Source: Eledone cirrhosa
Taxonomy: Eukaryota
Length of the DNA: 29,240 nt
Direction of reading: 5' to 3'
NCBI GenBank assembly: GCA_964016885.1
Contig: CAXHJY010001761.1
Coordinates: 1 to 29,240 of the forward strand
The notes below the pieces were generated by a model. It saw nothing but the letters and a program-made list of their open reading frames with translations. It ran no database searches and was not told the DNA's origin. Shown here piece by piece: positions 11,008-23,987 of this stretch. The first letter of the stretch is position 1. Each line of letters opens with the position of its first letter. Made by a program: the position numbers and the translations under genes.

Positions 11008-11175
11008 TCGATTCTACGAAGCAGAGTTTCCAATTATATATATATTAGAAAGTGAGGTTTTTTACAAAATGCAAAAAAAAAAACGAGGTGTCCTACACGA
11101 GTGAAAGTATAAGGAAAAAAGATGAACTCGAAAATGCAACTGGAGTCTTTAAAAAAAAAAACAAATTTATTTGGT

Positions 11176-11215
11176 TTCTTTACCGGTTTCGCAGTTCTTC
11201 TGCTTTTCAAAAGTA
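11176..11215 (-). ncRNA. Hammerhead ribozyme, U3-A8 core variant
   Basis: UACUU UUGAAAA GCAG aagaa CUGC GAAA CCGG UA^ AAGAA, then AAUAAA. Confidence 0.75.
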
Positions 11216-11283
11216 GAATTGAGATAGAGTGTTTGTGGTTTTTCTCACATCTGAGAAAAACCACAGACCCTCCATCTCAATTC

Positions 11284-11323
11284 TTCTTTTGAAAAGCAGA
11301 AGAATTGCGAAACCGGTAAAGGA
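11284..11323 (+). ncRNA. Hammerhead ribozyme, U3-A8 core variant
   Basis: UUCUU UUGAAAA GCAG aagaa UUGC GAAA CCGG UA^ AAGGA, then AAUAAA; palindromic ACCGGU stem III. Confidence 0.78.
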
Positions 11324-11386
11324 ACCAAATAAATATATATATTTTTTTAAAAAGACTCCTGTTGCATTTTCGATTTTATCTTTTTT

Positions 11387-11426
<40 letters not shown>

Positions 11427-11479
11427 GTGGAGAAGTAAATAAAGGAGGACAAACCGTTAAATCATGTTTATTTAAAATA

Positions 11480-11520
11480 GCACCTACATACGTTTCGCCC
11501 GAATGGGCTTCTCAAGGGCA
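11480..11520 (-). ncRNA. pLTR hammerhead ribozyme, U3-A8 core variant
   Basis: GCCC UUGAGAA GCCC auuc GGGC GAAA CGUAUG UA^ GGUGC, then AAUAAA; stem I short. Confidence 0.72.
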
Positions 11521-11888
11521 TAAACAACTAAAAAGCGTTCCTTACATGACCCGGAATGGGTTTTTAGAGATAAGTTCACGTCAGAGTTCATTCTTAGTAA
11601 AAAAAACATGTATTGATTTTGGAGTGGGTCAAGGGAGATATCTCTAGCCGGTGTTAGGGTAGTCTTTTCCGGACGATTTTTTTTATCCGTTACTACTATG
11701 TGGTTACTCCCTTACCATTATCGATACGCACAGGGTCAGGTATGCAACGTTAGTTTCGAGACGTTTGTTTGCTGTGCCTGCCCACCTGGGTCGATTCTTT
11801 CCGGGTCTGGGATGCATGGTTAGTTTCCGGATGTTTTTTGCAGCGCCTGCCCGCTGAGGTGTTAAAGCTTGGTGCAGGGAGACTCGGT

Positions 11889-12330
11889 TTACGGTTTCCA
11901 CTCCTCGTTCTTATTCCATCTGGAGTAGGGTATTTTTAAGCGGTGTGTACAGCTTATCGTTGTGTCAGCTCTGCTGTTGATGAGATCGTGGGGTGCAGTA
12001 ATGATATGGTAGAGCTCCATGAGCCAAAGCTCGCACTTCCTCTTGAAGTTGTACGGAGCAGCTCTGCCGACAATTTCCCAGTGCGTGGAGAAGCTCATGT
12101 TTGAGTCTTTTAATGCTGTGATGTAGTTCGCGAGCGAAGTGGAGTGTCTTAGCTTCTTGTTGCAAAAGAGTGGAGGTGTGTTCGAAATCTATTTTTGAAC
12201 GGCCCAGAGGTAGTCCCTATATAATGTTTAACGCTATTATGGCTAGTTACGGTGCACCTATATATAACCATATCAGTCAGGCAGTTACCCCTAAGGGGAC
12301 AGCATCCCTGTCGCGGCAGTTACAATTTCG
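11889..12330 (-). pseudogene. PLE GIY-YIG endonuclease, two frameshifts
   Basis: NCNCRD/CPLRGNCLTDMVIYRCTV...KHYIGTTSGPFKNRFRTHLHSF/RHSTSLANYITALKD...HWEIVGRAAPY...CELWLME...LINSR...SCTH. Confidence 0.92.
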
Positions 12331-12501
12331 GTCGCGGTCCCTTCTAGTTCCCACGGTAAGGCTATTATTATTATTGCTTTCTACGTTGTTACCTACGCTC
12401 TTACACCTGTCATTAGCACCATTATAACCCACTGTGTGCGGGGTGTTACCATTATTATTCCGCACGCAGCAGCGTCTTCCGTTGCCGTCAGGAGACCCTC
12501 T

Positions 12502-14556
12502 GACAAAACCAAGAAGCTGTACAAGATGGACGCGAGCAAGTATAAACAATTCATTTATAAAGAACTACACAAAGACTACAAAAAGACACCCATTAGTACA
12601 TTAAATGACATAAATAGAGTAGGGAAGGATATAGTTACTAGCTTAGAAATAGATAATTACACAAAGCCATATGTCCCTCTGACGCCTAAATTCTCTCTTA
12701 AGGATCACAAATGTAACTTTAACGAAAGCCCCTCTGTTAGACTAATATGTCCCTTTACATCTGATATAGGTAAGATTAGTAAAGTGATCCTCGATAGAGT
12801 ACTACTGGAGCTTAATAGAAAGGCTCAGATCTGGAGTAACACCGACTAGGTCATAGATTGGTTCACCGAGTTGCCTGATAAAGCGACCCTGAAGTTAATC
12901 CAGTCTGACATAGATAGTTACTACGCCTCTATCTCCCCCATACTCTTAAATCAGGCACTCATCTTAGCTAAATCTAACACTAGCCTCACTAAAAAGAAAT
13001 AGACATAGTTCTAGCGGCGCGTAGAACCATTATCCAGTTCGAAGGCTCCCACTGGACCAGAACCAACCGTCCTGATAACTTAGATATCACGATGGGGTCC
13101 ACTGACTCGGCGCAAGCAACCGACCTGGTCAGAATATACCTCCTCCATAAGCTTAGGGACGAGATACCGGTCCTACAAGGAGGTGTATATAGAGACGACG
13201 CCTTGTTTACCGTTAGGAACAATAGCCCCCGTAGAATAGAGAACATTAACAAGCAGATACACAGGTTCTTCAATTCATACTGCCTATCCGTAAATATAGA
13301 CCTCAACCATCAGGTTGTCAACTTCCTGGACGTGACCCTGGAGTTAAGTACGGGCCTATAAAAGCCATACCATAAGCCTGGAGAGTGCCTTTCTTATATT
13401 AATTATGCCTCCAACCACCCTAAGCAGACTCTCAACTCCATAGTCTATAGAATCTCACATATGATCTCGAGGCTATCCGCCAATCAGGATATCTTCAACA
13501 TAACGGCAGATTACTACAATAAGGCCTTGATAAGCGCCGGTTTTAACCGAGGAATCTCCTACATCCCTAATGCTAGCTCCAGAAACCACCCCTCTCATAA
13601 GACTAACGTTATAGAAAGCCATACCTATAACCGATCACGCGGCGGATTTGAAAGAGTCGGATGTAATAGTATAGAAAATCGCACTAAGGAACACGGCCAC
13701 AATGTTAATTACACTAGCGATAGTATAGGTAGCGTACCACACAATAAAGATCACGACATCGGTGACAGTGACCACTGTAGCCTACTTGAATTATTCCCCT
13801 ACTATAAGTTCAACAAAGGCGACGGCCTACTACCAACGCCTTCCAACCAACATCTTCCTATACATAAACGTAGCAGAAGGAAAAAGAGTGCACCCGAGCA
13901 TATAGCGAAAGGGACACGTAACGGGCTACAGCGCAATAACATGCATAAGAACGGTCACCCTTATAGCACAACCCGTAGCAAACGTACAAAGACTAGTAAT
14001 CGCCACCGTAATGTCGTCCTATGGTTCCATCCCCCCTACTCTCGGAGTGTGGCCTCCGACATACCCCTGATATTCTTCGAAGCCTTAGAGAAGAACTTCC
14101 CACCCAATCATAAGTATAGGAAAATCATTAATAGGAACAATATAACAATATCCTTCTATACTACTCCTAACCTAGCAGACATCATAGGAACAACTAATCA
14201 CAGTAAGATCACCAAGACACAGCACCTTAGCACCGACGCTCCTACACCTGACAACAACTATATCGGCCTTAACGACTCCCTAGCAGCATCCAATAGTGCT
14301 GGCAACAGCCACTACAGACGCAACCGACATAACCGCGACATGACTGGGGAATATGCAGGTGACCCGCACGGCTCACCTGACGGCAACAGAAGACGCTGCT
14401 GCGTGCGGAATAATAATGGTACCACCCCGCACACAATGGGTTATAATGGTGCTAATGACAGGTGTAGGAGCGTAGGTAACAACGTAGATAGCAATAATAA
14501 TAGCCTTACCGTGGGAACTAGAAGGGACCGCGACCGAAATTGTAACTGCCGCGACA
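12502..14556 (+). pseudogene. PLE reverse transcriptase (5'-truncated, 2 stops, 1 frameshift) with thumb and linker
   Basis: DKTKKLY, LKDHK...VRLI, DIDSYYASI, DITMGS.DSA, YRDD (13188-13199), VNFLDVTL, SNHP, WFHPPYS...FPPNH...INRNN, CNCR. Stops at 12847 and 13359, frameshift near 12995. Confidence 0.93.
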
Positions 14557-15087
14557 GTTACAATTACGAATGGTTTAATTCCGGATCTTTTTTGCAGCGC
14601 CTGTCCGCTGAGGTGTTAAAGCTTGGTGCAGGGAGACTCGGTTTACGGTTTCCACTCCTCGTTCTTATTCCATCTGGAGTAGGATATTTTTAAGCGGTGT
14701 GTACAACTTATCGTCGTTTCAGCTCTGCTGTTGATGAGATCGTGGGGTGCAGTAATGATATGGTAGAGCTTCATGAGGCAAAGCTCGCACTTCCTCTTGA
14801 AGTTGTACGGAGCAGCTCTGCCGACAATTTCCCAGTGCGTGGAGAAGCTCATGTTTGAGTCTTTTACTGATGTGATGTAGTTCGCGAGCGAAGTGGAGTG
14901 TCTTAGTTTCTTGTTTAGTAACGGATAAAAAATCGCCTCGAAAAGACTGCCCTAACCCCGGCTAGAGTTATCTCCCTTGACCTACTGCAAAATCAATACA
15001 TGTTTTTTTACGAAGAATGAACTCTGACGTGAACTTATCTCTAAAAACCTATTCCGGGTCATGTAAGGAACGCCTTTTAGTTGTTTA

Positions 15088-15128
15088 TGTCCTTGAGAAG
15101 CCCATTCGGGCGAAACATACGTAGGTGC
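15088..15128 (+). ncRNA. pLTR hammerhead ribozyme, U3-A8 core variant
   Basis: GUCC UUGAGAA GCCC auuc GGGC GAAA CAUACG UA^ GGUGC, then AAUAAA. Confidence 0.72.
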
Positions 15129-15332
15129 TATTTTAAATAAACATGATTTAACGGTTTGTCCTCCTTTATTTACTTCTCCACGTGCTTCCGCTCTGCTAAT
15201 TCTCTCGCCCACTAGATATTAACACTTCTAATATTTAATACTTCCGGCACTAATATTGAGCATCCTCTGCATACGCTATTGGCAAATAATTACATGTATC
15301 GCCTATCCCTCCTTCTCTCTCTCGATACGTAA

Positions 15333-16184
<852 letters not shown>

Positions 16185-16285
16185 GATTCTGTGCGTACAT
16201 GTATTTTTCCGTTATTTTATTTCAGTGTCTGTCACTATAATTTATAATAGATTTTAATTTCATATCTTATATCCAAAATAAAGAT

Positions 16286-16356
16286 TTCTATCTGATGAGA
16301 GATATCAAACGTTTCTGTTAGAATCGTCTAGCTTCGTGAAACCTTAGGTAATGGAA
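16286..16356 (+). ncRNA. Type I hammerhead ribozyme with extended stem II
   Basis: UUCUAU CUGAUGA G...~37 nt...U GAAA CC uua GG UA^ AUGGAA: 6-bp stem I, canonical core, near-palindromic ACCUUAGGU. Confidence 0.75.
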
Positions 16357-16907
16357 TAATTATATTGTGTTGTTTATTATATAATATATATATATATAAT
16401 TAATAGAAATTTAGAAAGAACAAGGGGCTGTGTGTTTACTTGATAAAGTGAATTTAGAAATAAAAGGAAAGCACAAACAAGGGACAGGTCACTTCTTCAG
16501 TTGTCTGCTGGGGTTCTCGGACGTTTCATCGCATTAAAGGCAATATGTCTATCCCCAGTGTGTCAATAACTTTCGTAAGTTATTGGGGAAGGAAAAAAGG
16601 AGAGAGAAAAACAAGGGAAAAAAAGAGAAAAAAAAACGCTGAAAATATTCAGTTGAAGTGGGGGTGGAGGGGGGTGGCACGCGGCGAAGAACATGTATGT
16701 AAGTAATTGGGAGTGAGAGAGAGAGAAGTCAAACTTGTGGCTGGACATAAGTCTGAGGTCTTATTGACAACAAGATAGGGAGAGCGAAGAAAAATATGTC
16801 TAACCTCGGCGGGAGTAGGCGAAAAGAGGCAGAGACGAGAGAAAACAGAAGTAGTAAGGGAGCAGAGAAAAAGAGCCTATCAATGAGTGGGAGAGGGAGA
16901 GAGAAAT

Positions 16908-16958
<51 letters not shown>

Positions 16959-16994
16959 AGGGGAGATAGGGAGCGAAAGAAAGGGAAATAATTA

Positions 16995-17182
16995 ATAATT
17001 GTTTCTACTTTTGGCACAAGGCCAGCAATCAACCAGTACATTACTGGTACTTTATTTTATCGACTCCGTAAGGATGAAAGGCAAAGTTAACCTCGGCGGG
17101 ATTGGAACTCAGAATGGCAAGGGCCGTAACTCTATGCGTCAAAGCATGGCGTCCGACCCTCTACCGATACTGCCAATCCACC
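16995..17182 (-). mobile_element. tRNA-derived SINE family 1
   Basis: Reverse complement of the 6105-6290 family. Confidence 0.9.
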
Positions 17183-17339
17183 AATAATAACAACAAGGGA
17201 GATGAAGAGAAAGAACAAGTCACAGCAAAAAATTAATAAAAATTTAGAAGGAACAAGGGGCTGTGTGGTTACTTTCATTCATTGTCACCTTTCCCTTTGC
17301 TTTTCTTTATATCTATCACCATACATGCTAATATGCTCC

Positions 17340-17517
17340 TGGCAGTATCGGTAGAGGGTTTGACGCCATGCTTTCCAGCATAGTTACGTCCCTTTATGAT
17401 CTGAGTTCAAATCCCGCCGAGGTTGACTTTGCCTTTCATCCTTACGGGGTCGATAAAATAAAGTACCAGTAATGCACTGGGTAATTGCTGGCCTTGTGCC
17501 TAAAGTAGAAACAATTA
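17340..17517 (+). mobile_element. tRNA-derived SINE family 1
   Basis: Matches 6105-6290. Confidence 0.9.
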
Positions 17518-17869
17518 ATAAGATCGAAATCTCTCTTTAGTAGTTTACTTGCCTCAGTAACGAGTGAGTAAATATCACTGAGGGTGGATAAAGATCTTTA
17601 AATACTAGAATTTGTTTTCAGATAGCTGCGACACGATCATAGCTTAAATTATCTAGAGCGAGACTGACTTATGTATGTTTGTTGTATATCAACATCTCGT
17701 ATATGATTCCATACACGTCTTTATTCTTAATCATGCTACTGCTAATTAAAATATATATAGTTTTGAATTTTGAAGTTAGTAGCTTCAACGTTTTTGAGTA
17801 TGACGAATAGTCTAAGCTGAGCATATAAGCTCCTGAAGACGGAAACAAAATAGATAAGCGAAGCCAGTG

Positions 17870-19432
17870 AAACACTAATTAGATAGCCAAAAAGATGCAG
17901 AAACTACCGAAATGAACAAAATTGCGAACTCTTAACTTCACCTCTTAGGAACTGCTTACAGCAATTAAATCTATAAAAGCCAACAAATTCCCAGGAAGCG
18001 ACCAATCTGTAACTGCAGAAACCTTGCGATATGGGATGGAGGGAGGTAACTCCATTCAGTACTTCTTGAGACTGCAAACCTTGTTCTTAATCAAAAGGAA
18101 GCACCAAAGCAACGGAGAGAAAATATTATCATACCTATTACAAAGAAGCAATCAAATAACACGAAAGACTTCCGAGGAATATTACTGATGTCAATTGCTG
18201 GAAAAGTATTTAACAGAATGCCCCTGAATCGCATCTACTAACCAGTAAATAAAATTCTTCAACCTTACCAAGCGGGATTTTGCAAGGGGCGAAATTGTCT
18301 AGAACAAATACACGTGTTGAGAAGGGTAATAGAAGTTTACCATTAATGTTAGATGTCATCTTTGTAGATTTAAACAAGACATTCAATTCTATCAACAGAA
18401 ATATATGTGGGAAATTCTACGGTACAATGAATTCCCTTCCAAAATTGTTGATGTTATTGCTTCAATCTACTGAAACAGTACCTGCCGTGACCGTCTTGGT
18501 AATCATATGAATCAACCTTTCCCCATCAACACTGGTGTCTTACAAGGGGACACACTTGCACCATTCCTTTTTTATCATCGTACTTGATTATGTCCTGAAA
18601 CAAACTCCAATAATGGATTGAAAACGCATCCAGAAAAACCTGGAGTTTTTCTACCCGTTTTAGACTGCAGACGGCATTATTTTACATGACTCGTCAGAAG
18701 CTTTTGCAGCAGATAATCTCAGCAACACACAAGAAACTATCTTCCCTGATGGCCTTAGAATTACCCAGAGAAAACGAAGGCCATGCACATAAATTATACC
18801 CGTACCGGACCCCGGCTATCAGGCCTGGAAAATATAGAAATTGTAACTTCAACTACTTAGAAGCCCGCCTTATCTCATCCCTAGACAACTTTCGTCAAAG
18901 GCGTGTCATTGCCTGTAAACATTTCTGGAAGTTACAAACGGTTTTGAGGTCGAACAAAATCTTTCTTCAACTCAAGTTACGACTGTTTGATTCTTTAATC
19001 ATCTAGATAGTTCTCTATCGGGCAGAATCATTAATTCTCAACTTCTCCATGAAAAAGAAAAATCAGTTAAGCTCATTTGCCACCAGCTGCTACCGTATTA
19101 TGTTGGGTGTCAAGCGAAGAAATAGAGCCAGAAATGAACCGATCCTGGCAACCAGCTGCGTATCCTTGGTCACTGGCTGAGAAGCCCACAAGAAACAACA
19201 GCCCACCGCTATGCTAAAACCCAAGGCCCAAACCGTAGAGGTCGACCACGCTTAACATATGTCCCCCCCCCCCCCCCCCAAAAAAAAAAAACATACAAGA
19301 CTCCACTGGCCTTAGCGTAGATACGATATATCAATGTGCGGTGGACAGGAATGAATGGCGATGACGTGTAGTCAGGAGGCTATACACGCGAACTCCCAAC
19401 TAATAGAATAGAATAGAATAGAATAGAATAGA
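17870..19432 (+). mobile_element. Decayed 5'-truncated non-LTR retrotransposon (RTE-like) RT with (AATAG)n tail
   Basis: Across frames: KFPGSD, IIIPITKK...DFRGILLMSIAGKVFNRM, YQAGFCKGRNCLEQIHVLRRVIE, IFVDLNKTFNSINR, TGVLQGDTLAPFL, IVLDYVL, LKLRLFDSLI, RRGRP. Tail at 19402-19432. Clade assignment is tentative. Confidence 0.85.
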
Positions 19433-20070
19433 AAAAATATTTTCTGATGTGGATAAATTCGTTTCTGTGGATGTATTTTATAAATAAACACTTATTATAT
19501 ATGAGCGGTTTACAGTCTCTACTATTCACGAGTTAATTGGAAAATTTTAATAGAACTGCCGCTCCTGTTGATAAGTAAAGATCAAATTAATAGAATTTTA
19601 TGATTTGTAATAACTCAGACAAGTATCAATGTCAGACAAGTATCAATAGACTGTGCTTTGTGATTTTTCTCTTTTTTTTGTATTTTCTGAAGAACATCAA
19701 TTTCCATGCAATTTGTCTTTCAATATATTTAATTTCTTTCCATTCTTTTTGCAATTTGCAATTACAAATTCGTAAAACAGAAACGTATGTCTAAACCAAA
19801 AATAAATGGTGTTAGAGCAGGCTGTAAGTAGACAAACAAATTTGAAATTCAAAATGGAATGGATAAAATATTTTCAAATTCTTTTTATTGAATTTCGATT
19901 AAACTTCTAATTTCAGACTGTCGTCTTTCTCTTACCTTTGATTTTTTGGTTTTTGAAAAAAAACATCTGTTTTATCAATTTGAAATTTCAATCAACACAA
20001 ATAAATAAGTAATCAAACAAAAACGGAACAAAGTACTAGAAAGGATATTAAATCGAAATTTCGCCGAGCA

Positions 20071-20252
20071 TAATAATTGTTTCTACTTTTGGCACAAGGC
20101 CAGCAATTACCCAGTGCATTACTGGTACTTTATTTTATCGACCCCGTAAGGATGAAAGGCAAAGTTAACCTCGGCGGGATTTGAACTCAGAATGGAAAGG
20201 GCCGTAACTCTATGCGCCAAAGCATGGCGTCCGAGCCTCTACCGATACTGCC
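20071..20252 (-). mobile_element. tRNA-derived SINE family 1
   Basis: Reverse complement of the 6105-6290 family. Confidence 0.9.
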
Positions 20253-21360
20253 TAGATTATATGACATAGCTTTTGGGGTTGTAGAATTTATCTATCGATA
20301 CTCAGCTACCGTTAGACATGTGTTTTAACGAACTCGGGGCTGGATCTGAGATATCATTCAAACAGGACGTTTTCTAAAAAATATTTACAGCCGGCTTCTA
20401 TCACCAATTGTATTTCTACACTCACGATGTGGTACAGTTTAGGGATGGCTCTGTGCCTTCCGGGGTCATTGAAACCCACATGTTGTTAAATATAATCTCT
20501 GGTTACTTCGGCGCCCACAACCTACTCCTATTGTGCCGCAAAGAACATGACGAGCTAAGCGTTAGTCTCCAAATCAATGTTTCTGCGCATGGCCCTTGTA
20601 TTTCACCCAATGCAACACTGACATGTAAGCAGTTGTGCAACACACCGACGTTGTGTCTTATAGCCTCAATCCAAATCCCGAAGACCAGACTCGCATATAT
20701 CCAGTCAATGGAAACCTAATCATTCTATAGATCGGCTATGATGACCTTTAATTGTTCCTCTGTGGGCACACTGTAAACTTCATCACTTTTCGAGAGAAAG
20801 ACGTATGTTGCCTTGCCCTTGTCCTTCGGCAAAATTATCAGACAATGAAGCAAAAATGTTCGTGATTTACTTTTCCTCCTATTATCTATTTATTTTGACG
20901 AGGAGTAATACCATGTTAAAAACCTTTCTCATGCTCGTGACAGTGGCAAATCTATTTTTGTTATTGTCTGTGTTGTACAAATCTTGGCTATATTTACATT
21001 ACAATTGTATTCGTTAATGTTTTATTGTGTAATTTATTGTGTTAACGTCTGTGTTTGTATTTATAACCGTGTTTAATTATCATCGTGCTTTTATTTCTTT
21101 ATCTATTTTTTTTACAATCTATATTTTTTATTTTTATAATTTCCAAGAAAATGTTCTCCGAGATTTTTGACTGTGTACATTATGGCAATCTTTGCAGTTA
21201 GTCTTTCTTATAGAGGCGAAGTGTCATATTGTTAGGCAAGTAAACGGAAGCTTACAAAATAAAATAAATAAAACTATCCAAAATTATTTTCTTATTTTTG
21301 TACCCTAAGATAAACCGAACGAACTCATTACAAAAGATTTTGCATAAAGTGGCATAGTAT

Positions 21361-21550
21361 AGGCACATGTATGACTGTATAGCTGATGTTTCGGTTCACA
21401 GCCATGTAGTTTCGGGTTCAGTCGCACTGCATGATACCTTGGACTAGTGTCTTCTATAGCAACCTAAAACCGAATGAAATTTAGTGGACGGATATCATGC
21501 GGAAGCACGTAATGTATATTAATGTATGTGTGCGCGCGCGTGTGTATGTG
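21361..21550 (+). mobile_element. Old tRNA-derived SINE (second family)
   Basis: GGGTTCAGTCGCACTGCATGATACCTTGGACTAGTGTCTTCTA (B-box plus CORE-like segment), ending in TG-rich repeats. It resembles a common octopus SINE as recalled from memory. Confidence 0.55.
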
Positions 21551-22218
21551 TTTCGTAACTTAGAAGTCAGTCAAAAAGATATCGATGAAATAAGTACCAA
21601 ACTTGAAAATCAATAAGTACACGGTTCCATATAATTGACTAAATGCCTTGAAAACGTTGTCCAAGCATAAACACCCCAAACAACTGAAATCAGCAAAGAA
21701 ATACAAACAAAAACGCCGATTCCTTCGGAAGATCCCTGAGACACGCCTGTCCAGGTCAAACAACAACAATAACCACCACCACCACCACAATAAAAAAATA
21801 ACAACAGCAATAATAGTTATACTGATACTACTACTACTAATAATAACAACAACAACCACTTTATTGGCCACACTTACTGATTAATCTTGCTTTTAACATC
21901 TCATTGGCTAATTTTCGACGAAATACAATGGAGTGTGTGTATATATATATATATATATATTGACCGATTAATCGCTTAAGTTTATTTTAAAAACAACTCG
22001 GTAGAGAGCTTATTCGTTTTGTGCTGTTTTTGCAAATTTTTGCAATAACTACACATGTTGAATTCACTGGCCAAAATAGGGGTTTTCTCCCCTTAGAATC
22101 TCACATGTGCTTTCACAACCTGCGAGATTCCGGCGCAAGAAGACAAAAACCTATTGAGAAAGCGATGCCTTGTTCGATCATTATACCAAAAGCTTATTTT
22201 TATAAGCAGACAGTATTA

Positions 22219-22403
22219 TTGGCAGTATCGGTAGAGTATCGGATGCCATGCTTTGACGCATAGAGTTACAGCCCTTGTTATGCTGAGTTCAAATCCCGCC
22301 GAGGTTAATTTTGCCTTTTTTTCCCTTACGGGGTCGATAAAATAAAGTACCAGTAATGCACTGGGTAATTGCTGGCCTTGTGCCAAAAGTAGAAACAATT
22401 ATT
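22219..22403 (+). mobile_element. tRNA-derived SINE family 1
   Basis: Matches 6105-6290. Confidence 0.9.
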
Positions 22404-22701
22404 GATTTAAGTGTTGCAGAAACCCAATTTCGGAGTATTCCATCTTCCCCGAGGGTCCGGGTAACTATTTCAATCATATCTCATTTTGTTTGACCTGTTT
22501 AGCTTGTTTGCTTTTTTGGCTATGGTGGCTATGGCTTCTTAATCATCGTCTCAGCGATGATGTTTATAGCTCTGCTATCCTCTTCATATGCATGGAGCGC
22601 TTGTCTGCACAATATGGAAGTTGCGTTTCGCTAATTTCTATCCACCTAAATGCGATTCTCGCTAAATTTATATCTGTATATATATATATATATATACACG
22701 T

Positions 22702-22823
22702 ATAAATGGAAAAAAATGAAATTTCATTTCTCACTCTTAGTACGGCTGATACTTAAATATAAGTATGTATACGTACATACATATATATATACAGACGTAC
22801 AGTAGTATGTATATACATACATG

Positions 22824-22867
<44 letters not shown>

Positions 22868-23648
22868 CGTATGGGTTTACCGAACATTTATTATAATGTT
22901 CGGTTTGTTTGTAAACAAACTGCCCGAATTAAGCCGTACAGTGTTCGGCAACCATCGTTGCCCTTTTGTTCAACACTGACACAGGAACGATGAACTAGTT
23001 TCTAGCTTATTAGCTTTCATCAGCATCGTATACCTTCTTGTCAGTCGATTGAACGTTTGAAAGTATATACTTTCGTTATGCATATTAACGTGTTGAACAA
23101 AAGGGCAACGATGGTTGCTAAACACTGTACGGATGCATACTACTGTACGTCTGTATACATATATGTATCTACGTATACATACTTATATTTAAGTATCAGC
23201 CGTACTAAGAGTGAGAAATGAAATTTCATTTTTTCCATTTATCGTTTTCGGTACATCCGGCCGACTAACTCACTCGATATTCAAATTAGGCTGCTCAGCC
23301 GTTAATATGCATGAGGAAAGTATATACTTTCAGACGTTCAATCATCTGACAGGAAAGTATATACTTTCAAACGTTCAATCGACTGACAAGAAGGTACACG
23401 GTGCTGATCACAGCTAATAAGCTAGAAACTAGTTCATCGTTCCTTTGTCAGTGTTGAAAAAAAGGGCAACGATAATTGCCGAACACTGTACGGCTTAATT
23501 CGGGCTGGTGTTTACAAACAAACCGAGCATTATAATAAATGTTCGGTAAACCCATACGTACATATATTTATGTGTGTATGTATGTATGTATATACATACT
23601 ACTGTATGTCTGTATACATATATATATATATGTACGTATACATACTTA

Positions 23649-23652
<4 letters not shown>
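22702..23652. mobile_element. Second insertion of the ~435 bp retrozyme-like family (inverted copy then tandem copies)
   Basis: Homologous to 9662-10800. The inversion junction is near 23090. Hammerheads lie at 22987-23029(-) and 23398-23440(+, core mutated to CUGAUCA). (TA)n flanks both sides. Confidence 0.85.
22987..23029 (-). ncRNA. Type I minimal hammerhead ribozyme
   Basis: ACGAUG CUGAUGA A AGC uaauaa GCU A GAAA CUAG UU^ CAUCGU. Confidence 0.8.
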
Positions 23653-23725
<73 letters not shown>

Positions 23726-23741
23726 ATGTAAAGTAGTGGCC

Positions 23742-23777
<36 letters not shown>

Positions 23778-23820
23778 GGATGTAAAGTAGTGGCCGTACT
23801 CGAAAACGAGTTAGCAGCCA

Positions 23821-23882
<62 letters not shown>

Positions 23883-23895
23883 GTATACATACTTA

Positions 23896-23987
<92 letters not shown>

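Larger units (their letters stand above)
11108..11393. repeat. Fold-back hairpin (~140 bp arms, 4-nt loop) carrying a hammerhead in each arm
   Basis: Arms 11108-11247 and 11252-11393 centred on TTTCTCA-CATC-TGAGAAA. Confidence 0.9.
11425..15181. mobile_element. Rearranged Penelope-like retroelement (RT + C-terminal GIY-YIG) with inverted pseudo-LTRs
   Basis: Terminal inverted repeat ~11425-11695 / ~14915-15181. EN lies on the minus strand at left and RT on the plus strand. 12308-12500 is the reverse complement of 14372-14556, and 11827-12160 is duplicated at 14581-14913. Confidence 0.92.

Noticed and set aside
20408-20719. 103 aa ORF in a more GC-balanced patch
   Set aside because: No recognisable domain in the frames I checked; possibly an old repeat.
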